Positions 51,139 through 60,827 of a stretch of DNA of 64,000 nt are shown here, one piece after another. Each line of letters begins with the position of its first letter. Position 1 is the stretch's first letter. Source of the stretch: an uncultured Planctomycetales bacterium (GTDB taxonomy: Bacteria > Omnitrophota > Gorgyraeia > Zapsychrales > Fredricksoniimonadaceae); contig CAZNDZ010000003.1 in the NCBI GenBank assembly GCA_964572155.1, positions 202,224 through 266,223 on the forward strand, read 5' to 3'. The translations under genes were made by a program, and so were the position numbers. The notes under the pieces are model-generated. The model was not told where the DNA came from. It made no database searches and worked only from the letters and a program-made list of their open reading frames with translations.

Positions 51139-52667
51139 TTGATTTCACCTTTAGGCGCAGCATCGGAAGCACCAAATAAATAACCAACATCATATTTTAC
51201 AGAACCTATCTTACCATAAAAAGCAGGCCCTGCTTGATGCTTTTGATCATTGTAGGCAACAACTTGGTTGATCTCGCCAAAATCACTGTGCCACTCAACC
51301 CCTGGTTGAAACCACTCTTTCAGACGGTATTTGCTTGACCATGCCAAACCACCCGCCAAGTCTTCTCCTGGATGACGCCCAACCTGTTGTTCTAAAGCTA
51401 AATTTAATGTGTGCGTAAAATTTATTAATGATTTCTCTAATAAAAGTTTGGCTTCTAATTTATCGGAATGTTTATCTTCAAACGATGCTTCATATTCTAA
51501 ATAAAGTCCAATATCAACGGGCAATTGGCCCTGTTCTGTTAACTGAAAACGATTCTCCCACGATAATGCGGTAAACTTAAAATTTAAATCTTCATCGTTG
51601 TCATTCTTGGTTCGCTCTACTTCGCCATAGACTTCCGTAAACCAACGATCACTGACCCCATAACCTACTGCATATTTATGTTTCTGTGCATTATCTTTAG
51701 AAGCGCGTTCATCAATATCATATTGGCCGCGGGCCTCGAATTCTAACTCACCTTTCTCTACAATTGGTGAATAAACTTTTTTTGTGGCATGCGCTGTCGA
51801 AGGCGCTGTAAAATAACACATAATTCCCAAAATAACCACCACGACGGTCTTTTGTATTTTTTCTTGTGGTAATTGACCAAACAACTTTAATGCCATGGAT
51901 AAACCCCCAATCGTTAATATGTAGACGATGACCTGTATGCCCGTAGGTCTTTCTGTATAACCAACCAACACATGCAATATCTTGCCAACAACGCTGCCGC
52001 TTGAAATAATGCGTGAACTATCCCAGACCATGGGAATAATCTCTGGCACAACACCCGCTGCTGTTAAATATCCCAACGCTTGCACCAACATGCCAGCCAC
52101 TAAGAAAATTAATAACCAACTGGTGTAAGTAAATATTTTCTTAGTCGGAATTTTCATTAATCCGTAATATAGAACCACACCAATGCTAATACCTGCACAC
52201 AAACCCAACATCCCACCCATGACTAAATCCCAAACCTTCGTGCCTGTTAAAAAAGCACTATAGGTAAACATGACAATTTCTGCACCTTCACGCAATGTGG
52301 CGAGCGCAATCACAAAAGCTAAGGTGTACATGGGCTTACGTCCTTGTGCGACCTGTTGACCTATCTGTTTAAACTCTTGTGAGATGGTCTTACCATGACG
52401 GTTCATCCAAATGGTTGTCCAACCTATAAGCACCGCCGCAATGAGCAAAATACTCGCATTTAGGATTTCTTGACCCAAACCTTCAGCAGCATTAGATATA
52501 GCATCCGCGAAGAAGGCAATGATGGCTGAACCCACAATGCCCCAAGCAATACCAATGATGATCCATGGGGTGCGATGTTTTAAGGTCTTGGTTGCGGCCA
52601 TTAAAATAGTAACAATCAAGGCAATTTCAAAAACTTCTCTAAATAGAACCAACGCGATCGAAAACAT
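51108..52667 (-). CDS. FTR1-family high-affinity iron permease with a ~225-aa C-terminal β-rich extension (possible fusion or read-through into an OMP-like gene)
   Basis: REVFEI and REGAEI are the two REXXE motifs of FTR1. After residue ~270 there is an internal signal-peptide-like segment KTVVVVILGIMCYFTAPSTAHA, then an alternating amphipathic sequence ending …YEMRF. Confidence 0.7.
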   Translation of the reverse strand: MFSIALVLFREVFEIALIVTILMAATKTLKHRTPWIIIGIAWGIVGSAIIAFFADAISNAAEGLGQEILNASILLIAAVLIGWTTIWMNRHGKTISQEFKQIGQQVAQGRKPMYTLAFVIALATLREGAEIVMFTYSAFLTGTKVWDLVMGGMLGLCAGISIGVVLYYGLMKIPTKKIFTYTSWLLIFLVAGMLVQALGYLTAAGVVPEIIPMVWDSSRIISSGSVVGKILHVLVGYTERPTGIQVIVYILTIGGLSMALKLFGQLPQEKIQKTVVVVILGIMCYFTAPSTAHATKKVYSPIVEKGELEFEARGQYDIDERASKDNAQKHKYAVGYGVSDRWFTEVYGEVERTKNDNDEDLNFKFTALSWENRFQLTEQGQLPVDIGLYLEYEASFEDKHSDKLEAKLLLEKSLINFTHTLNLALEQQVGRHPGEDLAGGLAWSSKYRLKEWFQPGVEWHSDFGEINQVVAYNDQKHQAGPAFYGKIGSVKYDVGYLFGASDAAPKGEIKWILEYEMRF

Positions 52668-52675
52668 AATCTTCC

Positions 52676-53002
52676 TTATTCTGCAATCAACACGCCTTGA
52701 GCGGTTGCTTGATGAAACTCTCCCATAAAATCATATCGACCCGCTTTGAGCGGCCCTAAAAAAACAAATCCCTGCTTCCCACCTGAAATAACCTTCTCCC
52801 GATTTAAGGCATAACTTTCAAATTCTTCCGGGGTTGGATCTTGATTATCAATGACTAGCTTAATCTTCTGCCCTGCTGGGACTTTGACTTCTTGCGGGAT
52901 AAAACGATGTTCTTTGATGACAAGATTAATAACCGTGGGCTCAGCTGCAAAAGCAATATTTGAGCCGCACATCAACATCACCACCATCAGCCGTATAAAC
53001 AT
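52676..53002 (-). CDS. periplasmic cupredoxin-like protein (FtrB-like partner of the FTR1 permease)
   Basis: Signal peptide; a ~85-aa β-sandwich with conserved His/Met residues, immediately upstream of the FTR1 gene as in FtrABCD-type systems. Confidence 0.5.
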   Translation of the reverse strand: MFIRLMVVMLMCGSNIAFAAEPTVINLVIKEHRFIPQEVKVPAGQKIKLVIDNQDPTPEEFESYALNREKVISGGKQGFVFLGPLKAGRYDFMGEFHQATAQGVLIAE

Positions 53003-53087
53003 AGCACCATCCTTTTTAAATACGTCGTTAAATAACTTAGTTACAATTAAAACATATCAAATTTAAAAATAATGTCAATAAAAAAAT

Positions 53088-53130
53088 AAATTCCTCGTCT
53101 ATAAAATCATATAAACGAGGAATTTTTTTA
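53088..53130. terminator. bidirectional rho-independent terminator
   Basis: Stem aattcctcg, 18-nt loop, cgaggaatt, flanked by an A-run on the 5' side and a T-run on the 3' side. It lies downstream of the 53162..53782 gene. Confidence 0.6.
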
Positions 53131-53161
53131 CTTCAAAAAATAACTTATTTAATCAAAAAAA

Positions 53162-53782
53162 CTATTCGTAATAAATGTTGTCGATGTAAAAGGTCGAGTT
53201 TTTAGAATTATCTTTCACATTACCAACCCACGCAAAACCACCGGTGATGCGCGACAAATCCTTGTCTTTCAAATCTATTGAATATTCCTTCCATTCATTG
53301 CTTAGCTTAATGGGTTCTGTGGCTGCTGACGCTGTATCTGGATACGTACGCCCCATGCCAACACCGCCCATGCTAAAAATGATTGTTTCGCCACCTTTTT
53401 CACCGCGCGCCCAAAACACCAACCGCTTGGCACCGGTTAAATTAAAACCACCTTTTGTGTCACCCCAATTATTGGCAGGTTGCAACCAATAAACACCTGC
53501 CCATGCCTGATGCATGGTGGCACATTCACGACCAAAATATGCTTTAATACAGCTACGACCTTCTTGACAACCTTGTTGCCATGCATCATCCATATCCACA
53601 CATTCACCATCAGGCATATAACCTGAGATGTAGTAATGATTTCTAGATGGTTTATCTTGATATACCGTAAATTTCTTAAATGATGGAACATCCTCTGCAA
53701 ACGCCTTAGAGAGCGTCAACGAACAGAAAATCATCATGGTTAAAATCATCATTGATCTTAGGGTATTACATAGTACAAACAT
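53162..53782 (-). CDS. hypothetical secreted Cys-containing protein
   Basis: Signal peptide …CSLTLSKAFA; no family recognised. Confidence 0.5.
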   Translation of the reverse strand: MFVLCNTLRSMMILTMMIFCSLTLSKAFAEDVPSFKKFTVYQDKPSRNHYYISGYMPDGECVDMDDAWQQGCQEGRSCIKAYFGRECATMHQAWAGVYWLQPANNWGDTKGGFNLTGAKRLVFWARGEKGGETIIFSMGGVGMGRTYPDTASAATEPIKLSNEWKEYSIDLKDKDLSRITGGFAWVGNVKDNSKNSTFYIDNIYYE

Positions 53783-53791
53783 ACAACCTCC

Positions 53792-54859
53792 TTAACTTTT
53801 GTTAAAAACGGGGTAATCTGTATACCCCTTAGGTCCTGCTGCATAAAACGTATTACCATCAGGCGCATTGAGTGGCGCATTTAATTTAAATCGTTTGGGC
53901 AAATCAGGATTTGCGATAAAAGACCTACCAAAAGCAACCGCATCGGCTTCACCGCGCTCAAGCACGCCTTGTGCTGAGGACAAATCAAATCCTTCGTTGG
54001 CAATATAAACACCGCCAAATATTTTCTTTAACGCTGGGCCAATGCGCCCTTCGCCCGCATGTTCTCTCGCACAAATAAAGGCAATGCCGCGCTCTCTTAA
54101 CTTCTCGGCTAAATATCCAAATGTTTGTAATGGATTAGAATCAGAGATGCCGTTGCTATCTCCTCGAGGAGCAATATGAACACCCACCTTACCCTTACCC
54201 CACACGTCGATCGCCGCATCCACAACTTCCAACATCAATCGCGCCCTATTTTCAACTGAACCACCATAGCGGTCAGTGCGTTTATTTGTACCATCTTGCA
54301 AAAATTGATCTAATAAATATCCGTTAGCACCATGCACTTCAACACCGTCGAAACCTGCTGTTTTGGCATTGATAGCACCTTGACGATACGCCTCAACAAT
54401 AGCAGGAATTTCTTCGATCCCAAGCGCACGCGGGGTTACATAATTTTTCTTTGGGCGCATGAGGCTCACTGTTCCCGTCGCTGCAATCGCACTTGGTGCT
54501 TCTGGCAAAGCCCCATTTAAATAAAATGGATCCGAGATGCGACCAACATGCCACAGTTGCAATAAGATGATTCCACCTTGTTCATGCACTGCCTTAGTGA
54601 TGGATTTCCAACCTTCAACCTGAGCATCAGACCAAATACCAGGGGTATTAGGATATCCAACACCCATGGGCGTTACCGCCGTAGCTTCTGTTAAGATAAG
54701 ACCTGCACTGGCACGCTGAGCATAATACTCAGCCATCATGGCATTCGGAATACGTCGATCATCCTCGGTGCGACAACGCGTCAATGGCGCCATGATGATG
54801 CGATTCTTTAAATTAAAATCTCCAACGTTAATTGGATCAAATAGACTGGGCATATGCAT
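53792..54859 (-). CDS. NADH:flavin oxidoreductase, Old Yellow Enzyme family (alkene/NEM reductase-like)
   Basis: OYE motifs …MAPLTRCR…HGANGYLLDQFL…. Confidence 0.85.
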   Translation of the reverse strand: MHMPSLFDPINVGDFNLKNRIIMAPLTRCRTEDDRRIPNAMMAEYYAQRASAGLILTEATAVTPMGVGYPNTPGIWSDAQVEGWKSITKAVHEQGGIILLQLWHVGRISDPFYLNGALPEAPSAIAATGTVSLMRPKKNYVTPRALGIEEIPAIVEAYRQGAINAKTAGFDGVEVHGANGYLLDQFLQDGTNKRTDRYGGSVENRARLMLEVVDAAIDVWGKGKVGVHIAPRGDSNGISDSNPLQTFGYLAEKLRERGIAFICAREHAGEGRIGPALKKIFGGVYIANEGFDLSSAQGVLERGEADAVAFGRSFIANPDLPKRFKLNAPLNAPDGNTFYAAGPKGYTDYPVFNKS

Positions 54860-54863
54860 CCTT

Positions 54864-55574
54864 TCAAACTAAATCAAATAGTAAAAACTCAGCGTCTGTT
54901 AACGCCTTTATCGACATAACATTCATAGACTCTACAGAAATCGCATCACCAGCTTCTAATACATTGTCGGCAATGCTTAGCTTTCCCTTAATCAATTGTA
55001 GCCAAACGCCACGACCATCCTTGATCGCATGCGTGCAATCTTGATTAGCTCTTAAAACCCCTCGATAAATAAAAACGTCTTGATAAAATGGCACCACATT
55101 ATTGCCGCCTTGCGGTGAACCAATTAACAACAGCGGTTGCTTTGAATCTGCTTTGGCTAATGTGTATTCTTGATATGAAGGCGCAACGCCCTTCACTTGC
55201 GGCATGATCCAAATTTGCAACAAATGCACAGGCTTATCTTTTGACGCATTAAATTCACTATGCGTGATGCCCGTGCCCGCAGAAATTTTTTGGACATCGC
55301 CAGCCTTGATCACGCTTTTATGCCCCATGCTGTCTTCGTGTTTTAGCTCACCATCGACGATATAGGTAAATATCTCCATGTTAGCATGCGGATGCATCCC
55401 AAAACCCATGGCAGGCGCAACCTTATCTTCATTAATAACCCGTAAGGAACGAAAATGCATGTGTTTTGGGTCATAATAATCAGCAAATGAAAAGGAAAAA
55501 TAAGAATCTAACCAACCGTGATTGGCATGCCCGCGTTCTTTAGACCGTCGTATTTGAATGGATGGGTGCAACAT
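54864..55574 (-). CDS. pirin-family protein
   Basis: Cupin metal ligands (…GFGMHPHANMEIFTYIV…); 236 aa. Confidence 0.8.
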   Translation of the reverse strand: MLHPSIQIRRSKERGHANHGWLDSYFSFSFADYYDPKHMHFRSLRVINEDKVAPAMGFGMHPHANMEIFTYIVDGELKHEDSMGHKSVIKAGDVQKISAGTGITHSEFNASKDKPVHLLQIWIMPQVKGVAPSYQEYTLAKADSKQPLLLIGSPQGGNNVVPFYQDVFIYRGVLRANQDCTHAIKDGRGVWLQLIKGKLSIADNVLEAGDAISVESMNVMSIKALTDAEFLLFDLV

Positions 55575-55586
55575 ATCGAGAAGACA

Positions 55587-56591
55587 CTATTCTTTTTTAC
55601 GCTTAACCACTTTTGAAATCGAAGTAAAATTCTTAGTTAACCAAGAAACCACAGCCATCTGCCGTTTGGTTTGAGCAATGGGCCGAGCCGGCAAGCCCCA
55701 GACAACAGTCTTTGCTTTGACATCATTGATGACCGTACTTTTTCCCGCAATCACCGCATAATCACCAACGGTGATATTGTCTGTAATCGCCACTTGACCG
55801 CTGATCGTCACATGATTGCCAATGACCGTGCTGCCCGCAATACCGCTTTGAGCTGCCATGATCATATGTTTGCCTATCTTAACATTATGGGCGATATGAC
55901 ACAAATTATCTATTTTGCTATGCGCGCCAATGATGGTGTCTTCTAAAGAACCACGATCAATCGTGCTATTTGACCCAATCTCAACATGCTCTTCGATGAT
56001 AACTTTACCCAATTGTGGGAATTTATAGGTCTTACCTTTTTCTTGAACAAATCCAAAACCATCAGAACCAACAACAACTCCGCCGTGAAGGATCACATGG
56101 TCTTTAATAATCGTATTGGCATATAGCACAACGCCTGGATACAAATAACACCCCAAACCTATCACACTATGCTGTTTGATTACGACATTACTCTCAATGA
56201 TCGTATTGTCACCAATGCTCACATGATCTTCGATCGTCACATGCGACCCAATCCACACATTTTTTCCTAATTTTACCGTCGGTGAAACAACAGCCGTTGG
56301 ATGTGTAAATGCAGCTTTAGGCGCTGGCTTATATAATGCTTGGTATAAAACTAAAAATGCTAATTTGGGATTTGCAACACGGATCAGCGTTTTGGAGGAT
56401 TTTCGAATTGTATCTGTTGTTAAGATACAATCACTGTGACTTTGTTCTGCCGCGACAAGCCTTGCTTCATTAAGGGCAAATGTTAAGTCTTTAGACGTTG
56501 CCGCTTGCGTTCCACTTAAACCTGTTATATCTATCTTTGCATCGCCATCAACGGTGCCTTGCACCAACTGCGCTAAATCGCCAACGTTCAT
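55587..56591 (-). CDS. lpxD: UDP-3-O-(3-hydroxyacyl)glucosamine N-acyltransferase
   Basis: N-terminal LpxD-specific domain plus left-handed β-helix hexapeptide repeats; 334 aa. Confidence 0.8.
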   Translation of the reverse strand: MNVGDLAQLVQGTVDGDAKIDITGLSGTQAATSKDLTFALNEARLVAAEQSHSDCILTTDTIRKSSKTLIRVANPKLAFLVLYQALYKPAPKAAFTHPTAVVSPTVKLGKNVWIGSHVTIEDHVSIGDNTIIESNVVIKQHSVIGLGCYLYPGVVLYANTIIKDHVILHGGVVVGSDGFGFVQEKGKTYKFPQLGKVIIEEHVEIGSNSTIDRGSLEDTIIGAHSKIDNLCHIAHNVKIGKHMIMAAQSGIAGSTVIGNHVTISGQVAITDNITVGDYAVIAGKSTVINDVKAKTVVWGLPARPIAQTKRQMAVVSWLTKNFTSISKVVKRKKE

Positions 56592-56757
56592 TTATTTCTT
56601 CCTCACCAATTCGCTCGATGCTGATTTCGTCGTCTCTTGGGCATGCTGATTACAATACGTTGCATGATTATAAATACTTAGGATGTGCTTACATCCATAA
56701 TATTTACATTTTCGCCCTTTTTTTGACGTATTGACTTTCTTAGCTATAAAAACCACC

Positions 56758-56979
56758 TTAGGCCTTATGCCTGAATGTTATTCTACCTCTTTTTAAATCA
56801 TATGGCGATAAAAGAACCGTGACTTTATCCCCTGGTAAGATCTTAATAAAAAATCTTCGCATTTTTCCCGCGGGATACGCGGTGATGGTGTGACCATTGG
56901 CTATTTCAACTGTAAATTGTGCGTGCGACAAAGCTTTTTGTATAAACCCTTCAACTTCAATTGCTTCTTCCTTAGACAT
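56758..56979 (-). CDS. infA: translation initiation factor IF-1
   Basis: …[42 protein letters not shown] closely matches E. coli IF1, as recalled from memory. GGAGGAGG SD upstream. Confidence 0.9.
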   Translation of the reverse strand: MSKEEAIEVEGFIQKALSHAQFTVEIANGHTITAYPAGKMRRFFIKILPGDKVTVLLSPYDLKRGRITFRHKA

Positions 56980-57043
56980 GCAGATGCTACTTTCGAATAA
57001 TACCTCGTATCTTACCTTTGGGAGGAGGAATCCTATGCATCAT

Positions 57044-57256
57044 TTATTTTTCAGTAAAGAACTTAACGTTAATGGCCCAATTCTCATTACGTTGACATTC
57101 AATGTCATACTCAACTTCTTGACCAATGGTAAGCACTTGGCCGTCTTGTAACTTTACATAATTCGCATAGACTGAAAGTGTGCGTCCACTTTGGGTATCA
57201 ATGATGCTGCCATAACCCTGACTGGCATGATATTCTTTGATGCGACCGCGTGACAT
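57044..57256 (-). CDS. cold-shock-domain-like small protein (divergent)
   Basis: MSRGRIKEYHASQGYGSII… follows the CspA β1-β3 pattern. Start set at the ATG with AAGGAGG 4 nt upstream (the ORF-track start is TTG). Confidence 0.55.
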   Translation of the reverse strand: MSRGRIKEYHASQGYGSIIDTQSGRTLSVYANYVKLQDGQVLTIGQEVEYDIECQRNENWAINVKFFTEK

Positions 57257-57346
57257 GAAACCTCCTTGGGAGACACAACTACAATGAAGAGAATGTACTA
57301 TACACCTTCGAGGAGATAAGCACAACGTTTCTTATTAGGCAGGGGT

Positions 57347-58816
57347 TTATGACGATTGTTCAGCCAAGCGGGCGATCTTCTTGATCATGCCGCCAAAAAT
57401 GTATTCATGAAGCGGAATTAAAAAATACCAATACAATAATCCGCCCAAACCATGCGGGGCAAATCGGGCATGTTGTATAATGCCGCAGGTATTCTTATCA
57501 ATTTCTTGAATTTTAAAATCCAGCGTCGCCACCCCTGGGATTTTCATTTCAGCAGCGAGACATAAATCTTCATTTACTTTTACATTAACAACCCGCCAAA
57601 AATCTAATACGTCGCCGTTACAAATTTCAACAGCGTTACGTCGTCCACGCGAGGAACCAACACCACCAACCAAACGATCGATAAAGCCACGCAATAACCA
57701 CAGCCATGTGCCATGATACCACCCTGTTTCACCGCCGATATGCGAGATAACAGCCCATACTTTTTCTTTGGACGCATTGACTCTTCGTGTGCGTTTATCC
57801 TCGAGGATTGTGCCACCTGCCCAATGCGGATCTCCCGCTTGAGCTATTGCATATTGTGGAATTTTACCGGCATCAGCCCAATAGGTTTTTACATCATTGT
57901 GATGGACTAAATCTAGCGCGCGCCTGATAGCTTCCCGACAATCTAATAAATCTTGCGGGATAATGGCAACGATGCGATTATCTTTGCACACCACGGGATT
58001 CTTAAGCCCTTCCGCAAGTGGCCTTGCAATATAACTTGGGATTGGGGTAACCACATGTATCCAAATCGAACTAAGTCTCGGTGTTAAAACTGGCACAGGA
58101 ATAAAAATGCGTTTTCGTAAACCCGCCACTTCTGCGTAAATTTGCATCAACTGCAAATAAGACAATACTTCTTTACCGCCAATGTCATAGGTCTGCCCCA
58201 TGGTTTCATCGATTTCAATACATCGAAATAAATATTCAATGACATTACGGATAGCAATGGGTTGATTTGGTGTTGTGACCCAGCGTGGTGTGATCATGAT
58301 GGGCAAGCGATCAACCAGATATCGCAAAATTTCAAATGAAACACTGCCCGATCCAATGATCATGGCCGCACGAAATACTGTGACGGGAACAGGACCGGCT
58401 TTTAATATTTCTGCAACTTCATGACGAGATTTTAGATGCTTGCTTAAACGCTCATCTTCAATGCCGAGTCCCCCCAAATAAATGATGCGCTTGATCCCAC
58501 ACTCATAGGCAATGCGCACCATGTTATGCGCGCCCAAACGATCCGCAGCTTCAAAGTCTGCTGTTTGCGGATTCATGGAATGGACTAGATAATACGCAAT
58601 GTCTTTATGCTTGAGGGCTTTTCGAAGTGATTCTTGATCATTGATATCAACAGCAACTAGTTCAACGTTTGGGTGATTTGCCCAAAAACGACTTTTTAAT
58701 TTTTCAATTGAGCGTCCGCTAGCTGCAACGTGATACCCCTCATCGAGGAGCTTAGCCACAAGCCTGCCACCGACGTAACCCGTTGCCCCTAAGACAATGA
58801 TTTTCTTTTGTGACAT
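57347..58816 (-). CDS. NAD(P)-binding SDR-family protein fused to a DUF2867-like C-terminal domain
   Basis: N-terminal IIVLGATGYVGGRLV Rossmann motif; C-terminal DUF2867-like region. Confidence 0.7.
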   Translation of the reverse strand: MSQKKIIVLGATGYVGGRLVAKLLDEGYHVAASGRSIEKLKSRFWANHPNVELVAVDINDQESLRKALKHKDIAYYLVHSMNPQTADFEAADRLGAHNMVRIAYECGIKRIIYLGGLGIEDERLSKHLKSRHEVAEILKAGPVPVTVFRAAMIIGSGSVSFEILRYLVDRLPIMITPRWVTTPNQPIAIRNVIEYLFRCIEIDETMGQTYDIGGKEVLSYLQLMQIYAEVAGLRKRIFIPVPVLTPRLSSIWIHVVTPIPSYIARPLAEGLKNPVVCKDNRIVAIIPQDLLDCREAIRRALDLVHHNDVKTYWADAGKIPQYAIAQAGDPHWAGGTILEDKRTRRVNASKEKVWAVISHIGGETGWYHGTWLWLLRGFIDRLVGGVGSSRGRRNAVEICNGDVLDFWRVVNVKVNEDLCLAAEMKIPGVATLDFKIQEIDKNTCGIIQHARFAPHGLGGLLYWYFLIPLHEYIFGGMIKKIARLAEQSS

Positions 58817-58818
58817 GA

Positions 58819-59175
58819 TCAGCGACCACTATTCGGGTTAATAGGCCATTCTTGAAATACATAATCAGGTTTTAGTAATGGCTCATAATCCGCTGGTTTT
58901 GCAAAAGGAAAGCTCACCACATCCCAAACGCCTGAACCTAAACGTTTAACAGTTTGCACAAATCCCCATGCGACACCACAGCCAATCCATGCAATGATGT
59001 GAGGCGTCTTTTGAGCCCCTTTAATCCAATATGCACGTGCTTGTTTTGGAACTTCAATCGGCGCTGTGGCCACATTAAATACACCGCGTAAAAATTTATG
59101 TGCTGGCGCTTGATCTGCATGAGCAACTATTGGAACCAAGGTCAACATCAAGCAAAGCATCATTATTTTTTTCAT
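58819..59175 (-). CDS. hypothetical small secreted protein
   Basis: Signal peptide MKKIMMLCLMLTLVPIVAHA. Confidence 0.5.
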   Translation of the reverse strand: MKKIMMLCLMLTLVPIVAHADQAPAHKFLRGVFNVATAPIEVPKQARAYWIKGAQKTPHIIAWIGCGVAWGFVQTVKRLGSGVWDVVSFPFAKPADYEPLLKPDYVFQEWPINPNSGR

Positions 59176-59184
59176 GCCATCTCC

Positions 59185-60318
59185 TTACTGAACCTTAACC
59201 TTAATACCCCATTCGACATAAATATAATCGCCAACCAAAACACCACCATGGTCTAGGAATTTATTCCAAATAATATCAAAATCTTTACGGTTGATATCCC
59301 ATTTTCCACTAACCTCTAACATTGTTTGACCTGTACTAGCATCTTTGTTCATATTAAAAATAAACGGAAAGACAACTTCTTTAGATTTGCCATGCATCTC
59401 GAGTATACCCTTTACGGAATATTTTTTATCATCCCGAATGATCTCATTGCTTTTAAAAGTAATCTTGGGATAGACTTTCGTATTTAAAACCTGAGGGGAC
59501 CGAACAATCTTATCACACCATGCACAGCTAGATTGAATGCTAGCTGCGTCTATTTCTAAAGAAACAGATTGAATATTATTCGAGGCCTCATCGACAGCAA
59601 TGTTACCTGTAAAGGCATTAAAATGGGCATTGTATCGGCCAATCACAGAATATTTGATTGAGCCGTTCATCAGCGTTTCTTTGGGGCCAAAGGCAATAAC
59701 GCTTGATGCATACCCAGGGGTAATGCCGCTTAAATTATTATCAGGCTCCTGACCTTTCGCCGCTCCCATGATGGCCAGTTTTAATGATTCATCAAATGGC
59801 TTTTCCCCAATCCACACAGAAAATAAGGCTTTAGCAAAACGACTTCCCTCAATCGTTCCTGTAATATTACCTCGATATTCAAATTGCGTTCCAATACCTG
59901 GAAGATATGTAAGCGCAAATCGATCCCCTGGCTTTAGATCCACAAAATACTTTCCCATCAACTCAATCTCTGGTTTAAGCTCTGCTAATTCTTGCGACGA
60001 CACATTATATTTCATGCGATCAATCGTATAATTATTGAGTTTACTGCCGGGGATGTTAACAAAATACTCCACTTCAATGCGCTTGGGGAATTCTCCAAGG
60101 TCATCGGGCTGACTCTTGATGTCGGTGTAATAACCTGCCACAAAAGCCTTAAAGAACATTACATTCTTAATGCCTGTACCTTGTAGCGGCATAATAATAT
60201 AATCAGCGTGATAGTGATCCCCGAATGTTACACCCGCAATTTGCGCGGCATGTACAGGACCCAGAAGACTTACAATAAGAAAACTTTGGAATAAGATATG
60301 TTTGAATGTGTTTTGCAT
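59185..60318 (-). CDS. secreted protein with a C-terminal YceI-like domain
   Basis: Signal peptide; the C-terminal ~160 aa resemble the YceI lipid/polyisoprenoid-binding β-barrel (…KITFKSNEI…GKWDINRKDF…). Confidence 0.5.
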   Translation of the reverse strand: MQNTFKHILFQSFLIVSLLGPVHAAQIAGVTFGDHYHADYIIMPLQGTGIKNVMFFKAFVAGYYTDIKSQPDDLGEFPKRIEVEYFVNIPGSKLNNYTIDRMKYNVSSQELAELKPEIELMGKYFVDLKPGDRFALTYLPGIGTQFEYRGNITGTIEGSRFAKALFSVWIGEKPFDESLKLAIMGAAKGQEPDNNLSGITPGYASSVIAFGPKETLMNGSIKYSVIGRYNAHFNAFTGNIAVDEASNNIQSVSLEIDAASIQSSCAWCDKIVRSPQVLNTKVYPKITFKSNEIIRDDKKYSVKGILEMHGKSKEVVFPFIFNMNKDASTGQTMLEVSGKWDINRKDFDIIWNKFLDHGGVLVGDYIYVEWGIKVKVQ

Positions 60319-60341
60319 CCAAGCATTATACTCCTAATATT

Positions 60342-60827
60342 TTACTCTTTGTCAGATATAAATTTTAATGATGCTGAATTGATACAATAACGTTTACCCG
60401 TCGGTTGTGGTCCGTCATCAAATACATGTCCTAAATGTGCACCACAACGTGGGCAATGCACCTCGGTGCGTTCCATATAAGCACTCGTATCTTTGGTATA
60501 CGCATTATTAGCCGAATCAATGGGCTTGGTAAAACTTGGCCAACCAGTACCTGAATCAAATTTATCTATTGAGTTATATAAATCCAGGTCACAGCCTATG
60601 CAACGGTAAATGCCTCGCTTGTGATTATCATGATATGCACCGGTAAATGGGCGTTCCGTCCCTTGTTGTCGTGTAACTTTGTATTGCAACGGTGTTAACT
60701 GTGCCTTCCATTCTGCATCAGTCTTTTTCACGGTATCCCCCTCTCGATAAGCATCAGCATGAACATATTGCACACCAAAACACACGACCATCAACATCAA
60801 TATCCCTTTAACCAAATGTAAACGCAT
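60342..60827 (-). CDS. msrB: periplasmic peptide-methionine (R)-S-oxide reductase
   Basis: Signal peptide; CxxC…CxxC zinc site and the catalytic RYCINSASL motif. Confidence 0.85.
   Translation of the reverse strand: MRLHLVKGILMLMVVCFGVQYVHADAYREGDTVKKTDAEWKAQLTPLQYKVTRQQGTERPFTGAYHDNHKRGIYRCIGCDLDLYNSIDKFDSGTGWPSFTKPIDSANNAYTKDTSAYMERTEVHCPRCGAHLGHVFDDGPQPTGKRYCINSASLKFISDKE

Noticed and set aside
50975-51193. 72-aa minus-strand ORF spanning the junction of the FTR1 and DsbD-like genes
   Set aside because: It is out of frame with, and overlaps, two genes that have clear membrane-protein signatures, and it has no start context.
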